From assembly GCF_009914755.1 (NCBI RefSeq), contig NC_060925.1: a DNA stretch of 64,000 bases. One strand, written 5' to 3'. Below are positions 39,861 to 54,076 of this stretch, piece by piece. Below the pieces are notes generated by a model. That model was not told the origin of the DNA. It was given only the letters and a program-made list of their open reading frames with translations, and made no database searches. Source of the stretch: the human T2T-CHM13v2.0 reference genome, Homo sapiens. Position numbers and translations under genes: made by a program. The first letter of the stretch is position 1, and each line of letters begins with the position of its first letter.

Positions 39861-41974
39861 CCAAGCGAGCTTTAAACCTGGGAATGGGCACCCCAGCAGC
39901 AGGCCAGGACAGCTGCATCCGGGTCATGTCAGGTGGAAGCCCAGAGAAAGGAGCATCCAGTGAGTGGGGCAGACCTGTGGTGGATCCAAGCAGGGCCATT
40001 CACGGGTGGGACAGAGGCAGCCTCCAGGCAGTAGCAATCTCTGAGGTCAGAAGAAAGGCAGTGTCATTTCCTGACGATCTTCCTTGTTTAGGGCAGGAAA
40101 CCAGCCTATAGCTTGAGGACATGGAGAACAGAACCAAGCCCCAAGTGGGGTTTGGGTGGAATGGTGATCGCCAGTCAGGGGCTCACTGAGGACTGGAGTT
40201 CATGTGGGGCTCTGGCTTTGTAGATAATTGGAGTCTTAGGCAGGGAAATTGAGGCAGAAAGAGGCAAATCCAGTTATGCTGAGTCACTGACACGGCAAAG
40301 TTTAGGCGAGGGTGCAGCTCAGTAACCCCCGCCCTCCACTGCCATCCATAGGAATGCCAGATGCAGAGTTCAGGGCAATGGGGTCAATTGCAGCTTCTGC
40401 TGGCCCACTGGGAACTAAGATTCTGCTGGCTTTAGCCAGGTTCAGCTCAGGTGATGAATAGGCATTTTGGAGGGACGTGTCTGGAGTGGGGCAGGGGGAG
40501 GTAGGGACTTTCGGTTAAGAACCCACTTCCACCAGCAGCTGAGAAAGCCCTAGGGAAGTTTCTAGCTGTGCCAATCTGAGTCAACATGCAAGCAACCCTA
40601 ATGCCCGAAGAGAGCTCTACTCAAGTTCAAGGCAGAGTGTTGGTCCAGCACTCTGCCCTCCATCCCATTCTTCGTGCATCAGCCAGGGGATTTGTCACTT
40701 CCTCCTGCCACATTTCTCATCTGCACACTCTGCCTCTTCAGAGCTCCCACCTCCCCTCTCCTAGCATGGAGCAAAACCCCAAAATAGTCCCTGGGGGTCA
40801 TCTGCAGGGCTAGAAAGATTCTAAAAGTGTACCCTCTTCATGTGACCAAAAGGAAAACAGAAGCACAGAGAAGAGCAAGGGTGTTCTGTCATCCTGCTGT
40901 GTGACCCAGGGCAGCCAACACCATTTCTAAGGTCGCGCCAGCTCTGACATCCCATGGCTTTGCTTCAAAAGGACAAGCACATGTGAAGTGGTCAATGAAT
41001 TCTTCAGAGCCTTATGGAATGGCTCTAACTCTAAGCCCTCAGTGAGGGTCTGACTATCCTCTCCCCCATCTCTTCTCTTCCAATGGCTGGTCCCCTGCGC
41101 CAACTGGCCAGCACAGTCCTACTCCTTGCTCTCAGCCCAGTCCTCCCTCTCACAATGAGGCGCATCTAAAGAGCCCCCGCCCAGGCTTCCCTGCCCTAAT
41201 ACTGTGTCCTGTGTCTAGAAACTATGTGTCTGTCTCGTTCCCAAGGCCAAGCACCCACCTTATTCCTGGGCACTGGTGCTGTGTCCTGCCGTGGCCTCAC
41301 ACCCCAAGCCTGACTCCCCAATCCCTGTGGCCGTGCAGCAGTGGTCACCATAGGATGGCGGCTGATCATAGCTTCTTAAGGACCTGATTCCTGCTAGGTT
41401 CTCAGCTAAGAATTTGACATGGATTACTCCACTGACTCCCCAAAGAGGGCCTTATCGTATAGTCACCATCGCTACTCTCACTTTACAGATAAGGAAGCTG
41501 AAGACCGGAGAAATCAACCAGCTTGCTGAAGGTTGCTTGGCTGGTAAGCGGTAGTGCCTCGAAGATGTCCCTGAGTCAGCCCTTTTCTCTGGACTCTCCG
41601 CTCTGCTGCGGGCCTAGACTGCAGTCCCCACTGCCACCCACCGGGCTGGCCTTCTAGTGCCCTCCCTTCCCTTTGCGCACTATTGGTCACAAGTTCCTGG
41701 CTTCTCTCAATTAGTAGCCCCAGGCCTATGCCTGGCCATGATATCTCCTTCAGAGAGGGGTGAGATTTGACAGGACCCAGAAGAACAGGCAGAGGGTACG
41801 GGGAGGCCAGGAAGAGGCCAGAAATCAAGGCTGGTGATTTGCAAATGCAGAGCCCATGGCAGCATCCATGGCGTCTACTGGTTCCCTCTCCAGCTCGCTC
41901 ACTGGCAGTTGCTGGGCTATAGCTTCATGGGCTGATGGTGGCCGAGCACCACCACCACCCAGCAGACACTAAGG

Positions 41975-42180
41975 AGCACGGTGAAAAAGCCTGGGCTTTG
42001 GGGCCAGACAGTCCTGTGTTCAGATCCCAGCTCTGTCCCTTAGAAGCTCTGCAAGTTTGAGGAAGTTCCATGGGAAGGTGATCTCTTTGAGCCTTAGACT
42101 TCCAAGCAATAAAATGGGGTTGATAACACCGATCCTGCATAGCCTTTGTGAAGACATATGAAAAGCATTTGTCAAATGCC
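41975..42180 (+). mobile_element. MIR
   Basis: 'gggccagacagtcctgtgttcagatcccagctctg...taaaatgggg'. Confidence 0.7.
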
Positions 42181-44199
42181 CGGCTTTCGGTAAAAGCTGG
42201 TTCCCTTTTATGCCTTCTCCTCGTCCTTCCTGCTACCCCTTGGAGCTGGCTGTCTCCCGATGCCAGAGACAGGCTCTCTGTGTTGAGCGGCCCGAGTGGT
42301 TCCAACGATGCCCACCACGTGGCTGGCAGGGGCCCGAGCACACTCGGCACACTGGAGATAAATACAGGGTCCAGGCACCTGACTCTAAACAATGGGCTAT
42401 TCTGGGGTTTTAATTGCTCATAAAAGGGAAGGCAGGCTCTGGGCGGTGACCAACCTTGGAGGTCAGGACATGCATTGGGGTGGCAAACAGGGCAGCAAAC
42501 ACACCAAGGTGCAGGTGCAGAAACGCCAGCCAGCAGGTCGCTAATCCCAGAATGTCACTGAGGGAGGGTGGCTAACAAGCCTCTAGGATGATTACCCTCT
42601 CAGTGTACAAATGGGGAAACTGAGGTCCGGGGAGGAGAGCACTTTATTCTACTGCTTCAACAAGTACTCATCAAGCACCTGCTCCAGGCTGTGCTCCGTG
42701 CTCTGCCTCAGCATTTCACTGCGTGAAGCAGAGACAGATTCGACACATGCAGTTACAGTGCCCTGCGACAAGTGGCAGGAGAAGCAGGAACAGGGCCATG
42801 GTGATATGAAGGAGGCATGCCGCCCTAGTCGCATGCACCATTCATTCCGTAAAGATGCGCCCACTGCTTGTGCGCACCAGGCACTGCTCAGGTGCTGGAG
42901 ACACAGCCCTGGACGAAGGCCAGGCCCTGCCTCTGTGGGGTTTCCAGTCTCCTGGCAGAGAAAGGCAGTAGTATAAATGAAGAGGTAGAGAATGTAACAT
43001 CAGGGTGTGTAAGCACCGAAAAGGAAAACAAAGCAGGGTAAGGGGACACTGGGCACCTGTGGCTGGCCGATGGTTTAGGCAGATGGTCAGGGCCGATGCT
43101 AACAGTGACAAATTAACTTTAGCACATGAGATGCGCAGGACAATAAAGGCTCTGCCCTTCTGAGTGAAGAGGGAAACCAGCGTCCTGAGCTGACCTGCCT
43201 CAGGGGTCTCAGAAAACCAGAAACAGAGCCACAACCTGTCCCAGGTCTCTTGTATCACAGGCCAGAGCTGGTCCCCTGCATGGCCCGGCAGCCCCTCCCT
43301 TCATAGACACCGTTCCTCCCTCCATCCTCCCTGGGGAGAAGCAACAAACTGGTGCCCTCCCAGGCTGGAGGCCAAAGCCACCAGGCCTTTTCAGCCATCA
43401 CCTCCTTCCTGGCCAGTTGCCCATGCTGGCCTCAGGCAGTGGAGCCTGACAGGAGATCCTTGGCCTCCTGACACAGCGGGGCAGGCTTGTCCTTCCCTCT
43501 GCCACCTCCCACCGATGTGGAAGTCTTGGTGTCAGACACACGTGGTCCTTCCACTTCTGAGATGTGTGACCTTGACAAGTTCAGCAGAGCATTTGTCAAA
43601 ACTGGATGCTGGGCCATTCTCACAGAGCCCCTGGGAGGATTAAATAAAGTAAGAAATAAAAGGCCCCCAGGAGCCTATGGCCTGCAGCAGGCTTGGTAGG
43701 CACGGACACCTTCCCCTCTTGCAGTGTCCTCCCACCCCCGATCTGCGCCCCAGCCCAGAGCATCACTCCCTCTTCTGAGCTCCCACTGCCCTGAAAGCAC
43801 TTGTTTTCTCTTTCTGGGTCTGCTCTTTGTCCCTGAATAGGACTGCCAACTCTCAGAGAGCAGTCTCTGGCTTCTGCAAGTCCCTGAGCCTCCTGCCTGG
43901 GGCTCAGCTCAGAGAGTCACATGCAGTCGCTGCTCAATAAATGTTCTTCCAAGTAGCTTTCAGCCACGAAAGTTTAACTTGGAGAATAATGGGGCATGTA
44001 GAGCTCTGGATTCACAGTCAGCCTCTTTATCAGCTAAATGACCCTGGGCAAGTTAACTTTTTATGTAAATGAGGATAATCACCAAATACCCCAAGGTTCT
44101 GCAAAATTATATGGTGATTTTAACATTATTGTTTCCATTATGGAATCATAGGTGGAGACAAGAGTCTATTAAATTTGTAACCTGGTACTACAGTTCTTC

Positions 44200-44325
44200 C
44201 CACAACATCCAGCCCCCTGGATGTTCGGCCTCTACTTGAACTCTCCAGTGACAGGGAACTCACTACCTGCTGGGCAGCCCATGCCATGTTTTGACTGCTT
44301 CTGAGCATTAGAAACTTGGCTTTCT
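44200..44325 (-). mobile_element. L3/CR1 LINE fragment
   Basis: 'cctctacttgaactctccagtgacagggaactcactacct...ggcagccca'; a similar relic lies at ~61590-61650. Confidence 0.6.
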
Positions 44326-44884
44326 ATTGTTTTAAGACCTGCCATGCTGAGCTCTGGAATGCAGGGAAATGAGTGGGTGATGAGCAAGCCTGGGGGAGGG
44401 GCTGGAGAGAGCTGCAGGATGATGGTGGGAGGGTGGCAGGGAGCTGAGAGCCCCCCGAAACAATGCTGCTGGTCAGTGGGCCACAGGCTGTCAGCTCCCC
44501 TTCCAAGAGAAGCTCCTGATAATGGTGCCTCATCTGCTCATGGCTTCAGAACCTGCCAGCCCTTCCAGAAGACTGCCTCCTGCCCAGGGCTGCTCAGCAG
44601 CTGGACTACAGGGGCCCGGGTTCTCAAGCCCTGATGTATGATTTATGACTCCGATGAGCTCACCAGCTCAGGGAGGGAGGGTGATCCGAGGGGAGGCTGG
44701 AAGAAGGCTGGTTATGGATTTTAACCCTCTGATGTTACTGGCTGGGAATTTAACATCAATAATTCAAGGCAGTGGGGAGCAAGGGATGGGAAAAAGGCAA
44801 AAGAGAGAGGGAGGTGGGGATGGAAAGGGAGAAAAGAGGAGAAGAAGTGGAGGACGGGAAGAAGACAGGAAAAGAGGCAAAGAT

Positions 44885-45090
44885 GCATTTATTGAGTGTT
44901 TCCCATGGGTACCATGCCACCTTCGCCTCCTTTAGCTCATTTAAGACTCACTGAAATCTATGAGGCAGATACTGTCACCTCTAATGACTGGATAAAGAAA
45001 TTAATGCTCCAAGAGGAAAAGCAAAGATTTCAAGGACAGCAGGGGGGATGAGGGGATGGGATTTGGATCCATGTTTGCTGATTCCAGAAC
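44885..45090 (-). mobile_element. MIR
   Basis: 'catttattgagtg...ctcatttaa.actcac...ctatgaggcagatact'. Confidence 0.65.
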
Positions 45091-45305
45091 ACGGGTTCTT
45101 TCTACTACACCTTGACTTTAGAGGGTAGCCAGGTCAGGGGACACAGAGGGTCCCTGCTGGCCTCAGGACACCTGGCCCCAGCTCACACTCTGGGGCTGAC
45201 ATGGGGAGAGATGAGTCTGAAGGGCTTGGCCCCTGGGAGAGAAACCAGCCACTGGCCTTCTGGACAGCACCAAAACTTTGTTGCTGAAGCTGAAAAAATT
45301 AACTG

Positions 45306-45397
45306 CTATATTTAAAAGCATTGTTCAGTTGCTATGGTAACAGAGGGGCTAAGAATAATATAAAAAGAAGATGATATGCCAGGTTGTCACTGGCAAC
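45306..45397. promoter_or_regulatory. MEF2 + two RFX X-boxes + TATA-like cluster
   Basis: CTATATTTAA 45306-45315; GTTGCTATGGTAAC 45328-45341; TATAAAAAG 45359-45367; GTTGTCACTGGCAAC 45383-45397. Confidence 0.55.
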
Positions 45398-47794
45398 CCA
45401 ATTTTAAGGGTGTGTGTGTGTATGTGTTTTAAAAGGAGTTTTCTGGGGGGAGGTGTTGAGGTTCAGACTGTCTTCCCCACTCCCTCCGGCACCATCTGCC
45501 CCAGCGACATGTCCAAGGTGCAGCCAGGCCTGGCATCTCACTGGTCTGCTGGCATCGGGGGAGCTGGCACACCCTGGCCCTGAGCCTAAAGATAACGAAG
45601 GCTCTCAGCTCCCTAACTGCTGTCCCCTCCTGGCAGCCCCCCACTGCCTGGGCTGCTTCCTTCAGCTGCGGAACCCCAGCCGGAGGCACCTCTCAAACAG
45701 ATGGCCCCCAAATAGCTTCTTCTCTCCGACCTGGGAGCTTTCAGCCAGCCTGGCAGACTCCCTGGGGACCACCAGGGAAAACAGATGGTCAGGAGAGAAG
45801 AGCAGGAGACAGATTTATTGATCTGCAGCATGGATGTCAGAGATAGGAGGCGGCTTGGCAGATCTGGGCATGGGGCTGCCCTACTCCCTGACGTGTCCTG
45901 GTGAGACATGCCAGGTCCAGCCTGAGTCTTCAGCCTGGGCCCAGGCGACCTGAAGGGGACCCACGGCAAGCCTGGGGAGGGTGGGAAGATGGATGGGGAC
46001 TGGGGGTCCTCACGCACCAGCCAACTGTTTGTCAGGGCTGTGATGGCAGCACCCATGGGAACCATGGGAAGAACTGGGTGGCAAAAAGACAAAATCCCCA
46101 AGGCAGTTTATTGACAGCCAAGGATTAGAAAGAGGCCTGGTATTTTTACTGTGTCATGGTCATGCAATATGAAGGAGAGTTTTGAAATCAGACTGGGGTC
46201 CCCAGGCCGGCTTTGCTGCATGCTACCATGTGACCTCAAGCCAGGCCCTCAGCATCTTGGTGCTACCATAGGGAAAATGAGAGTGACCCTTAGGACTATG
46301 GTTGGGCCTCAATAAACTGAAGTTTATCAAACACCAGGCTTCATGCCTATAATATCCTCAGCAGGCAGCCCTGTCTGCCAGGAGAAACCTTCACCTTAGC
46401 ATTTCTCTATGTCAGGCCCAAACCGAAAGCCACAGAGGAACTTGCACATATACACAGGGAATGAGACACAGTGAGAGGTGCCTTCACATGGAAGTGGACG
46501 GTGGGGCCCCGAGCAACCGATCATGCCTGGAGTGGGCAGGGAAATCTGAAGGAAGAGTTTGAGGTAGTCCTTGAAGCAGGAGAACGGCAGGGTGACAGAA
46601 GCACACTCCATGTGGAGGAAAGCAGCAAAGGCCGGGCAGGGTGCAGGGAGCACAGGGAGGGCTTGCTGAGGGCAAGTCTTAGCCTCTGAGGCCAGAACCT
46701 ACCAGCAAGGTGGGCAGGAAGAAGGGAAATGATCAGAGCTGGGTGAGGCTCGATAGGGAGGCTGGCTGGGCTGGGTGAACCCAGAGGCAGGGAGGCCCAT
46801 GGGGATGCTGGGCAAAAGTCCCAGCCAGAGATAAGGGGGCTGGGCCAAGGTAGGACAGTGCTTTACAGTTTACAAGGCGTGGCCATGTCCATTACCTCAT
46901 TTATCATCACAGGATGGAGAGAGTTTGCTGCCCCACCCAAGCTCTCCCCCCATCACCACCTATCAGCACTTCCCACAGGCTGGGGGCACCCACCATGTAC
47001 AGAAGGAGCTACATCTAGATTCCTGAGCATCCCCTAGAAGTGGAAGAGTCCAGAAGAGCTGGGGGGCCCCGATGAGGGTGAGATCTCATGAGTGGGTGTG
47101 GCCACAAAGGGCTTCTTGTAGGAGGAGCAGTGGGAGGGCCCTCTGGACAGACAGCATGCTTCAAACAAAGCTTGGGGATGGGACAGGTCATGGTGCATTG
47201 GGAAATAGTCCCTGGACCCTGCTGGGAGAAAGCAGGTTGGGGATCCAGGCAGGTCTGGGTCACGGAGGGCCCTGAATTCCAGCTGAGAGGCTGCATCCTC
47301 CTGCAGGCAGTAACAAGCCGTGGGGAGCTCAGAGGGGCTGGGGCAGGAGAGGGAGATGTGAACGAAGCCGGTTAGAAGCCAGGCTGCATCAGACACCACT
47401 GCCTTCCTCCTCTCTGTCACTCTCAGGCATGACTCTCCTTCTCCCCTGGCTGTCTGAGTGCCAGCAACAGAAAGCAGGCCTCAAGCTGCACGCACGTTGT
47501 GGAAGACGAGTATGTTTACTCAGCAGCACACAGCCAGCTCTGCCCAGGCCTCGGCCTGGCAGTCTTCTCTTTTGGGGAGAGCTGGTTGCCCTGTGTCCTG
47601 CTCTGAGGGCACGCAGTTGTGACCTTGGTTTCCCATGGTGAAGGCACCCAGAGTGGTACCTGGGGGAAGGTTCTGGGTCTCGTGGGAGTTCAGGCTGAGC
47701 CAGGAGAGAGCTGCCCAAGTGGCTCAGCATCTGGGGACCAGAACTTGGGCAGGGGAGGATCCCATGGAGCTTGCATTTTCCGACGCTCTTTCCC

Positions 47795-48180
47795 TTATTC
47801 CCTCCAACCAATATTTGTTGAATACCTACTTTGTGTCAGGCGCTATTCTAGGCGGTGAATCAGACAAGAAAAACTCCTGTCCTCTTGGAACTTAAATTCT
47901 AATAGGGGAAACAGACAACATTCAAACAAAGAAATGTTGTCAGGTGGTAATGAGCCCTATGAAAGAAAATACAGACAACTTGAGAAAGGAAAGAGAAAGT
48001 GACTAGAGAAGGTGCTTGAGTTGATGTGATCAGGGAAGGCTTCTCTAAGGAGATGAGGTTCTAGGGGTGACATCTGAGCAAAGGCCTGGGTGAAGTGAGG
48101 GAGCAGGGGCACAAGGATTTCAGGCACGGGGTTGGTACATGCAAAGGCCCTGAGGCAGGAATAAGCCTGGTGTGTTTCTC
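47795..48180 (-). mobile_element. L2 (L2a-like) fragment
   Basis: 'aatatttgttgaatacctactttgtgtcagg', 'gatcagggaaggcttctct', 'gcaaaggccctgaggcagga'. Confidence 0.85.
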
Positions 48181-48819
48181 TGACTCCTTGTCTAGTGCTC
48201 TTGGGAAAAGAGAGGCTCAGGCAGGTTAGGTGACTTGCCTGGAACCATGCTGCAGATCAGTGGCTGAGCAGGACCAGAGGCAAGTTTTCTGCCTGTTTAT
48301 CCAGGGGTCGCCCACCATATGTGGACTGGGCACATTTCAGGCATGGACCCTGGCCAGAGGATGGACATTGACTGTAGGGGAGGGTGAGTCAGTCATTCAG
48401 TCAACAAACGCTGACTGAGCGCCTAGCTCACGGCAGGCTCTGGCTGTGCTGGGCCCTAGCACACAGCAGGGCACCCATGGATGGAAGCGCATGTCCCCCT
48501 GGAGCCTGCATTCTAGTGGAGATCAGAGATTATGGGGATCATGGGATTCCAGGACCCTAGAATCTGTGGCCAGAATCTGGAAATCCCAGAATCAGAATGA
48601 CCGGTATCTTAGCATCCAAGGATTCGGAATCCCCCAAGCACGGCTTCTCCATATGGGAAATTGGCAGGGCCCTTCAGCGGCATCCAGCCCATTTTAAAGA
48701 GGGGTGGAACCAAGGTCTGGTGCACTGAATGTCCCACATAGGGTGGCCAGTGGTGGAACCAGGGCCTTTGCCAAGGAGTCTGGGCTTCTGGGGCAGTGAG
48801 GCGACTGTGGGCAATGGGG

Positions 48820-49020
48820 ATGAATACAGGCTTAGGCCAGACAGACTGGCCGTGGGTCTGTACCCTACGCTTGCTATGTTGTGGAATCTTTCTAAATCTC
48901 AGCTTCCTCATCTGTAAAATGGCACTAAGATGGCATCTACCTCAAATGGTTGTCGTGAGAATTAAGATAATCTACGTAAAGTGCTTAGCATGGCAAATGC
49001 TTCTAACACTTGCTGTTGTG
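48820..49020 (+). mobile_element. MIR
   Basis: 'ctcagcttcctcatctgtaaaatgg...tggttgtcgtgagaattaa...gtaaagtgcttagca'. Confidence 0.8.
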
Positions 49021-49275
49021 CTGGTAATTATTAGTGAGACTTCAATAACACTGGTATGAAGTGTTAGATGACAGAGATTGAACCCTGCTGGAATGGGAAC
49101 AGCGGACCTGCCCCAGCCACCCGGCTTAGCATCCCACAGAGGATCTGCCCAGGCGTGTCAGCTGATGGGAATAAGGGTTGTTTCACTCTCACCTCCAGAG
49201 ACAAACATGGTGTGTGTGGCCTGGCACGAGTCCATTGCCCTCCTCTCTCCATCTCTCCTGTCTTCCCATTCCCTC

Positions 49276-49364
49276 CTCTGTCTCTGTCTCTCTCTTTCTT
49301 TCTCTCTTTCACACCCACACACACACACACACACACACGTGCACACACACACACACGTATGTGC
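49276..49364. repeat. (CT)-rich tract followed by interrupted (CA)n microsatellite
   Basis: Read directly; strict purine-pyrimidine alternation across 49316-49364. Confidence 0.92.
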
Positions 49365-51107
49365 TGTAATTATAGCCATAAGACCTTGACCCAGCCCAGA
49401 GCAGTGAAAGCTGAGACCAAAGGCATTAGAACGAAGGCGCTAGTGGATTTTAGCTGGGGGTCAAGGTACATGTTTTAACCCTTCCTCTTTGCTGGACTGA
49501 AACTAGGCTTGATGGACTAGGACCCACCAGGAGGTTAGAAGGGCAACAGCCCATGGCCAAGTGGGAGTAACAAGAAGCACATTCTTAATACTGTGAGAGA
49601 TAAAGGCCAGATAGCTAAAATTGAGGGCTCAGAGTGTGCTGCTGCAGCTAAAGACAAGAGCTGCACAAAGGACAACCAGGTACCCTGGAAGACTTCCTGG
49701 AGGAGGAGAGAGAGGAGCTTTGAAGGATGGGGAGGATTTGACCATATAATTTATTGCTCTATATGAAAACAGCATTCAAGGACAAAGTCAAACAAAATCA
49801 AGTACAAAGGCACAGAGGCTCAAACTGTTAGGGTGCAGGAGACAGTGAAGCTCCTCTTACAGGTTAGATGGAAGTGAAACAGACTGGGAGGTGGAGCAAG
49901 AACTTGTTTTGCCTTTAGTTCTCGCCTTTACCTTGAAACAATGGTCATTCCTTCATTCATATGAATAACTCATCTATCTAAAACAATTTTAGGCAGCCCT
50001 AGTGAGCCCTAGTGAGTTTTCCTTCCCTTGGCTCAATTTCTCCATCTCCTAAATGGATTTGTCACTGACATGGAGAGGGAGACTGCCCAAGAGCAGATGT
50101 TCCTGAACTAGTAGTCAGCTGTTGGCTGCTCCACATCACTCAGGGACGTCCCTGTCCCCACCATGAAGTCTTAGGCTCATTGGAAAGCCTTGGGGTTCTT
50201 GAGATGTCCGTCTTTCTGGGGCAAGTTCACAATAACAGAGAAAGATGACACGGTGACCAGGCTCCAGAAGGAGACACACAGAGCCCTTCCTCAGGGTCAC
50301 TTCAACCTCACAGCAGCCCCAGTGGGACTCCTGACTCATGTTAGCACCAACACAGGGAACCACTAAGCCTTGGAGAAGTTCAGTGTCTTGCCTGAGTCCT
50401 ATATCTGGTAAACTGGCAGAGCCAGGCTAGGAAGCCCAGACGCTTCCTGGCTCCTATGTCCTTTCCATCAGGCCAGGCTGTCTCTTGCCCTAAGTTGCAC
50501 AGGCCAAGAACAGAAGCTAAGACGGAAGTGATTTATTCCCAGGTACACAAGGACTCAAACTGTGGAGCGGGGCTGGGGTCCAGCCACACACTGAGCTCCA
50601 GAGGCCCAGTTCTGGTTTCAGCTGAGTGGCCCTACCAAGCTACTTGCTTTCCTACGTCTCCCCTCAAACATCCTCCCCACCCTCCATCTACATCGCAGAT
50701 GCCAAAAAGTCATCAGAGCAGGCAGGAAATTCCATAATTGGCATGCTAAACCTGATGAGCTCAGGACACCACCTCTGAGTGGGCCTCCAGGGCTGCTCCC
50801 AGGCCCCAGACTGCAACTCTTGAAGGGCCTAAAGAAGGGAGATCCTATAATTTTCCCCATTTGGGACATTCAACAAATAGAATGGTTCATTCACAGATTT
50901 ACTCCATTTGGACACATCGGGAATAGCCTTGGGTCTGTCTAGAAAGAGACATGTTCATCCAGCTCTGACTCACCCAGTTCCAGCACTGAATATACTACAT
51001 TATTATTCTACCTTTTCAAAGCCTATTATGTGTGATTCCTATGTGAGGAGTTGAGGGAGCTACAGGTGAGACCAGAGTCAGGCTCTAATGTCAAGAGGCT
51101 CCTAAGA

Positions 51108-52046
<939 letters not shown>

Positions 52047-52119
52047 CTTACTGCAATTTTTTTAAAAGCTCATAAGCTAGAACAAGAGACGTAGGTAGGT
52101 GCATAGGTTAATCAATAGT

Positions 52120-52375
52120 GCTAATAGCAAATATTTATATAATCTGGATCCTGCATCAGGCACAGTTCTGAGTTTTTACCTGTATTAACTCACTTGACAC
52201 TTGCAATGCTATTAATACTATGAAGGAAGTATCATTATCATCTCTGCTGTACAGAGGAGGAAACTGAGGCATAGAGGGGTTGAGTCATGGACTCACAATT
52301 GCTCTGCTGCTCACAGGAACAGAGCTGGGATGGGAGCCCAGGCAGGCGGCTCCAGAATCTGTGCTCCTAACCCCA
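52120..52375 (-). mobile_element. MIR, near full length
   Basis: 'tacagaggaggaaactgaggcatagagg...ggctccagaatctgtgctcctaacc'. Confidence 0.85.
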
Positions 52376-52944
52376 CACGGTGCTGTCCATCGGTGCACAG
52401 AACTGCCTTCCCTAACAGAGGTGTGCCCTGGGTAGCACAGAGGCTAGTGAGCGTGATCCACTCCATCAGAGGGAGGGGCATGGACATTTTCCTAGAGGAG
52501 TGATGCCTGCACAGACTCTCAATGATGAAGCTCTCCATCATCTCTGAAGACTAATGAAGCCAGCCATAAACATGCCATGGGAGGAACTGAGAGGGCCTCT
52601 GGCCAAGCAGGCTGCCCCTACCCCTGCCCCTGGGATCTCTACCTCCCCACCTGACCCTAGTAGGGTCTTCTTCCTCCCTCATGCAAGCTCCTGGAACTCT
52701 TGGTGTGTATCTCCTTCGCAGTGTGGACCACAATCAGCTTTGTCTCTGCTGCAGACTTGTCTTACCTCCCTCCAGTGGAGTCCTTGTTCCACCTCCCTTC
52801 ACCTCTCTGACATCTCTAGCTCCCAGCACAGGCCTGGGATGTAGCTCGTGCTTGTGAAATACTTGTTGCACTGATACTAGTTTTCCACATATATCAGGGC
52901 TGGCCCTGGCTGGACCTGGAGATCAGCAAAATAAATTTGGCTGG

Positions 52945-53130
52945 CCTTCCTTCCTTCCTTCCTTCCTTCCTTCCTTCCTTCCTTCCTTCTTTCCTTCCTT
53001 CCTTCCTCCCCTTCCCTCTCCCCTCCCTCTCCCCTCCCCTTCCCTTCCCTTCCCTCCTTTCCTCCCTTCTCTCCCTCCCTCCCTCCCTCCTTCCCTCCTT
53101 CCCTTCCTTCTGCCTGCCTTTCTTCCCTCC
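52945..53130. repeat. (CCTT)n/(CCCT)n polypyrimidine tract
   Basis: No purine on the + strand from 52945 to 53111. Confidence 0.97.
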
Positions 53131-53134
53131 ACTT

Positions 53135-53780
53135 TTAGCAGGTATTTATTGAGTATCCATTGTATGTGGCAGGTGCAATGCAGCAGGACAGTCTCTATTC
53201 TGTGGGCACTCACAGTCTAGTCAAGGAGACAGACTAGCAAAAAGACAATTGTTGGTGAAATGCATTCTGACATGAGTCCAGGGAGCATAGGAGCACATGA
53301 AATCCACAGGCTTCCACAGGTGTGGAGGAAGTAATCAAGGAAGACTTCTGGGAAATGGCATCTAAACTGAGACTTGAATATTGAGTGTGCATGCATGTGC
53401 ATATGTGTATGTGTGAGAGAAACAGGAAGAAAGAGAAAGACAGAGAGAGAGATGCATGTGTGTGTGTGAGCTAGGAAGCAAGAGGTTAAGGCCAGAGCTT
53501 TGAGGGAAAGAGGTAAGACCAGGTAGGAGATCCTGAGGGTCCTTGCAAGTTGCTCTAAAGGAATTTAGCATTTAACCCCAGAGGCCATGGGGAGCTATTA
53601 AAGGATTTTATTTGGGGAATGACGTGACCAGGTTTGTGTTCTAGAAAGATCCCCCTGGTGCACTATGGGGAACAAATTAGAGGGGGCATGGTGGTGGCAG
53701 ATAAAAGCAGCTACAGAAATCCAGGTAAGACAAGGCTGTTAGCAGTAGGAGTGACAGGAAGGGACACATCTGCCAGATCT
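53135..53780 (-). mobile_element. L2 fragment interrupted by GT/GA low-complexity sequence (~53385-53470)
   Basis: 'gtatttattgagtatccattgtatgtg', 'ggaagacttctgggaaatggcatctaaactgagacttgaa', 'tgggga.ctattaaaggatttta'. Confidence 0.8.
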
Positions 53781-54020
53781 TGAGTCACTTGATTTTCCTT
53801 GGGGGTTGGGGGATCAGGAATGAGCCCTGAGTTTGGGTCATCTCATCCCTTCCATGGGGCCCCTCTCTTTCCTGCCACCATCCCCATCCTTATCCCATTG
53901 TTGTAACGGAAAGTCATGGAATTCTTGGGGGAACTCCATGAAATACTAAAGTTCTGGTTCCATCACAAGAACTGGGAACAATTTTCACTAGCAGAAAATG
54001 CACCCATACCATAAAATCAT

Positions 54021-54076
54021 ACACACACACACACACAGCCACCACACACACACACACACACACACACACAGCCACC
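54021..54076. repeat. Compound (CA)n-GCCAC-(CA)n-GCCAC microsatellite
   Basis: Read directly. Confidence 0.92.

Noticed and set aside
49995-50016. 10-bp tandem duplication agccctagtg
   Set aside because: Too short; ordinary slippage
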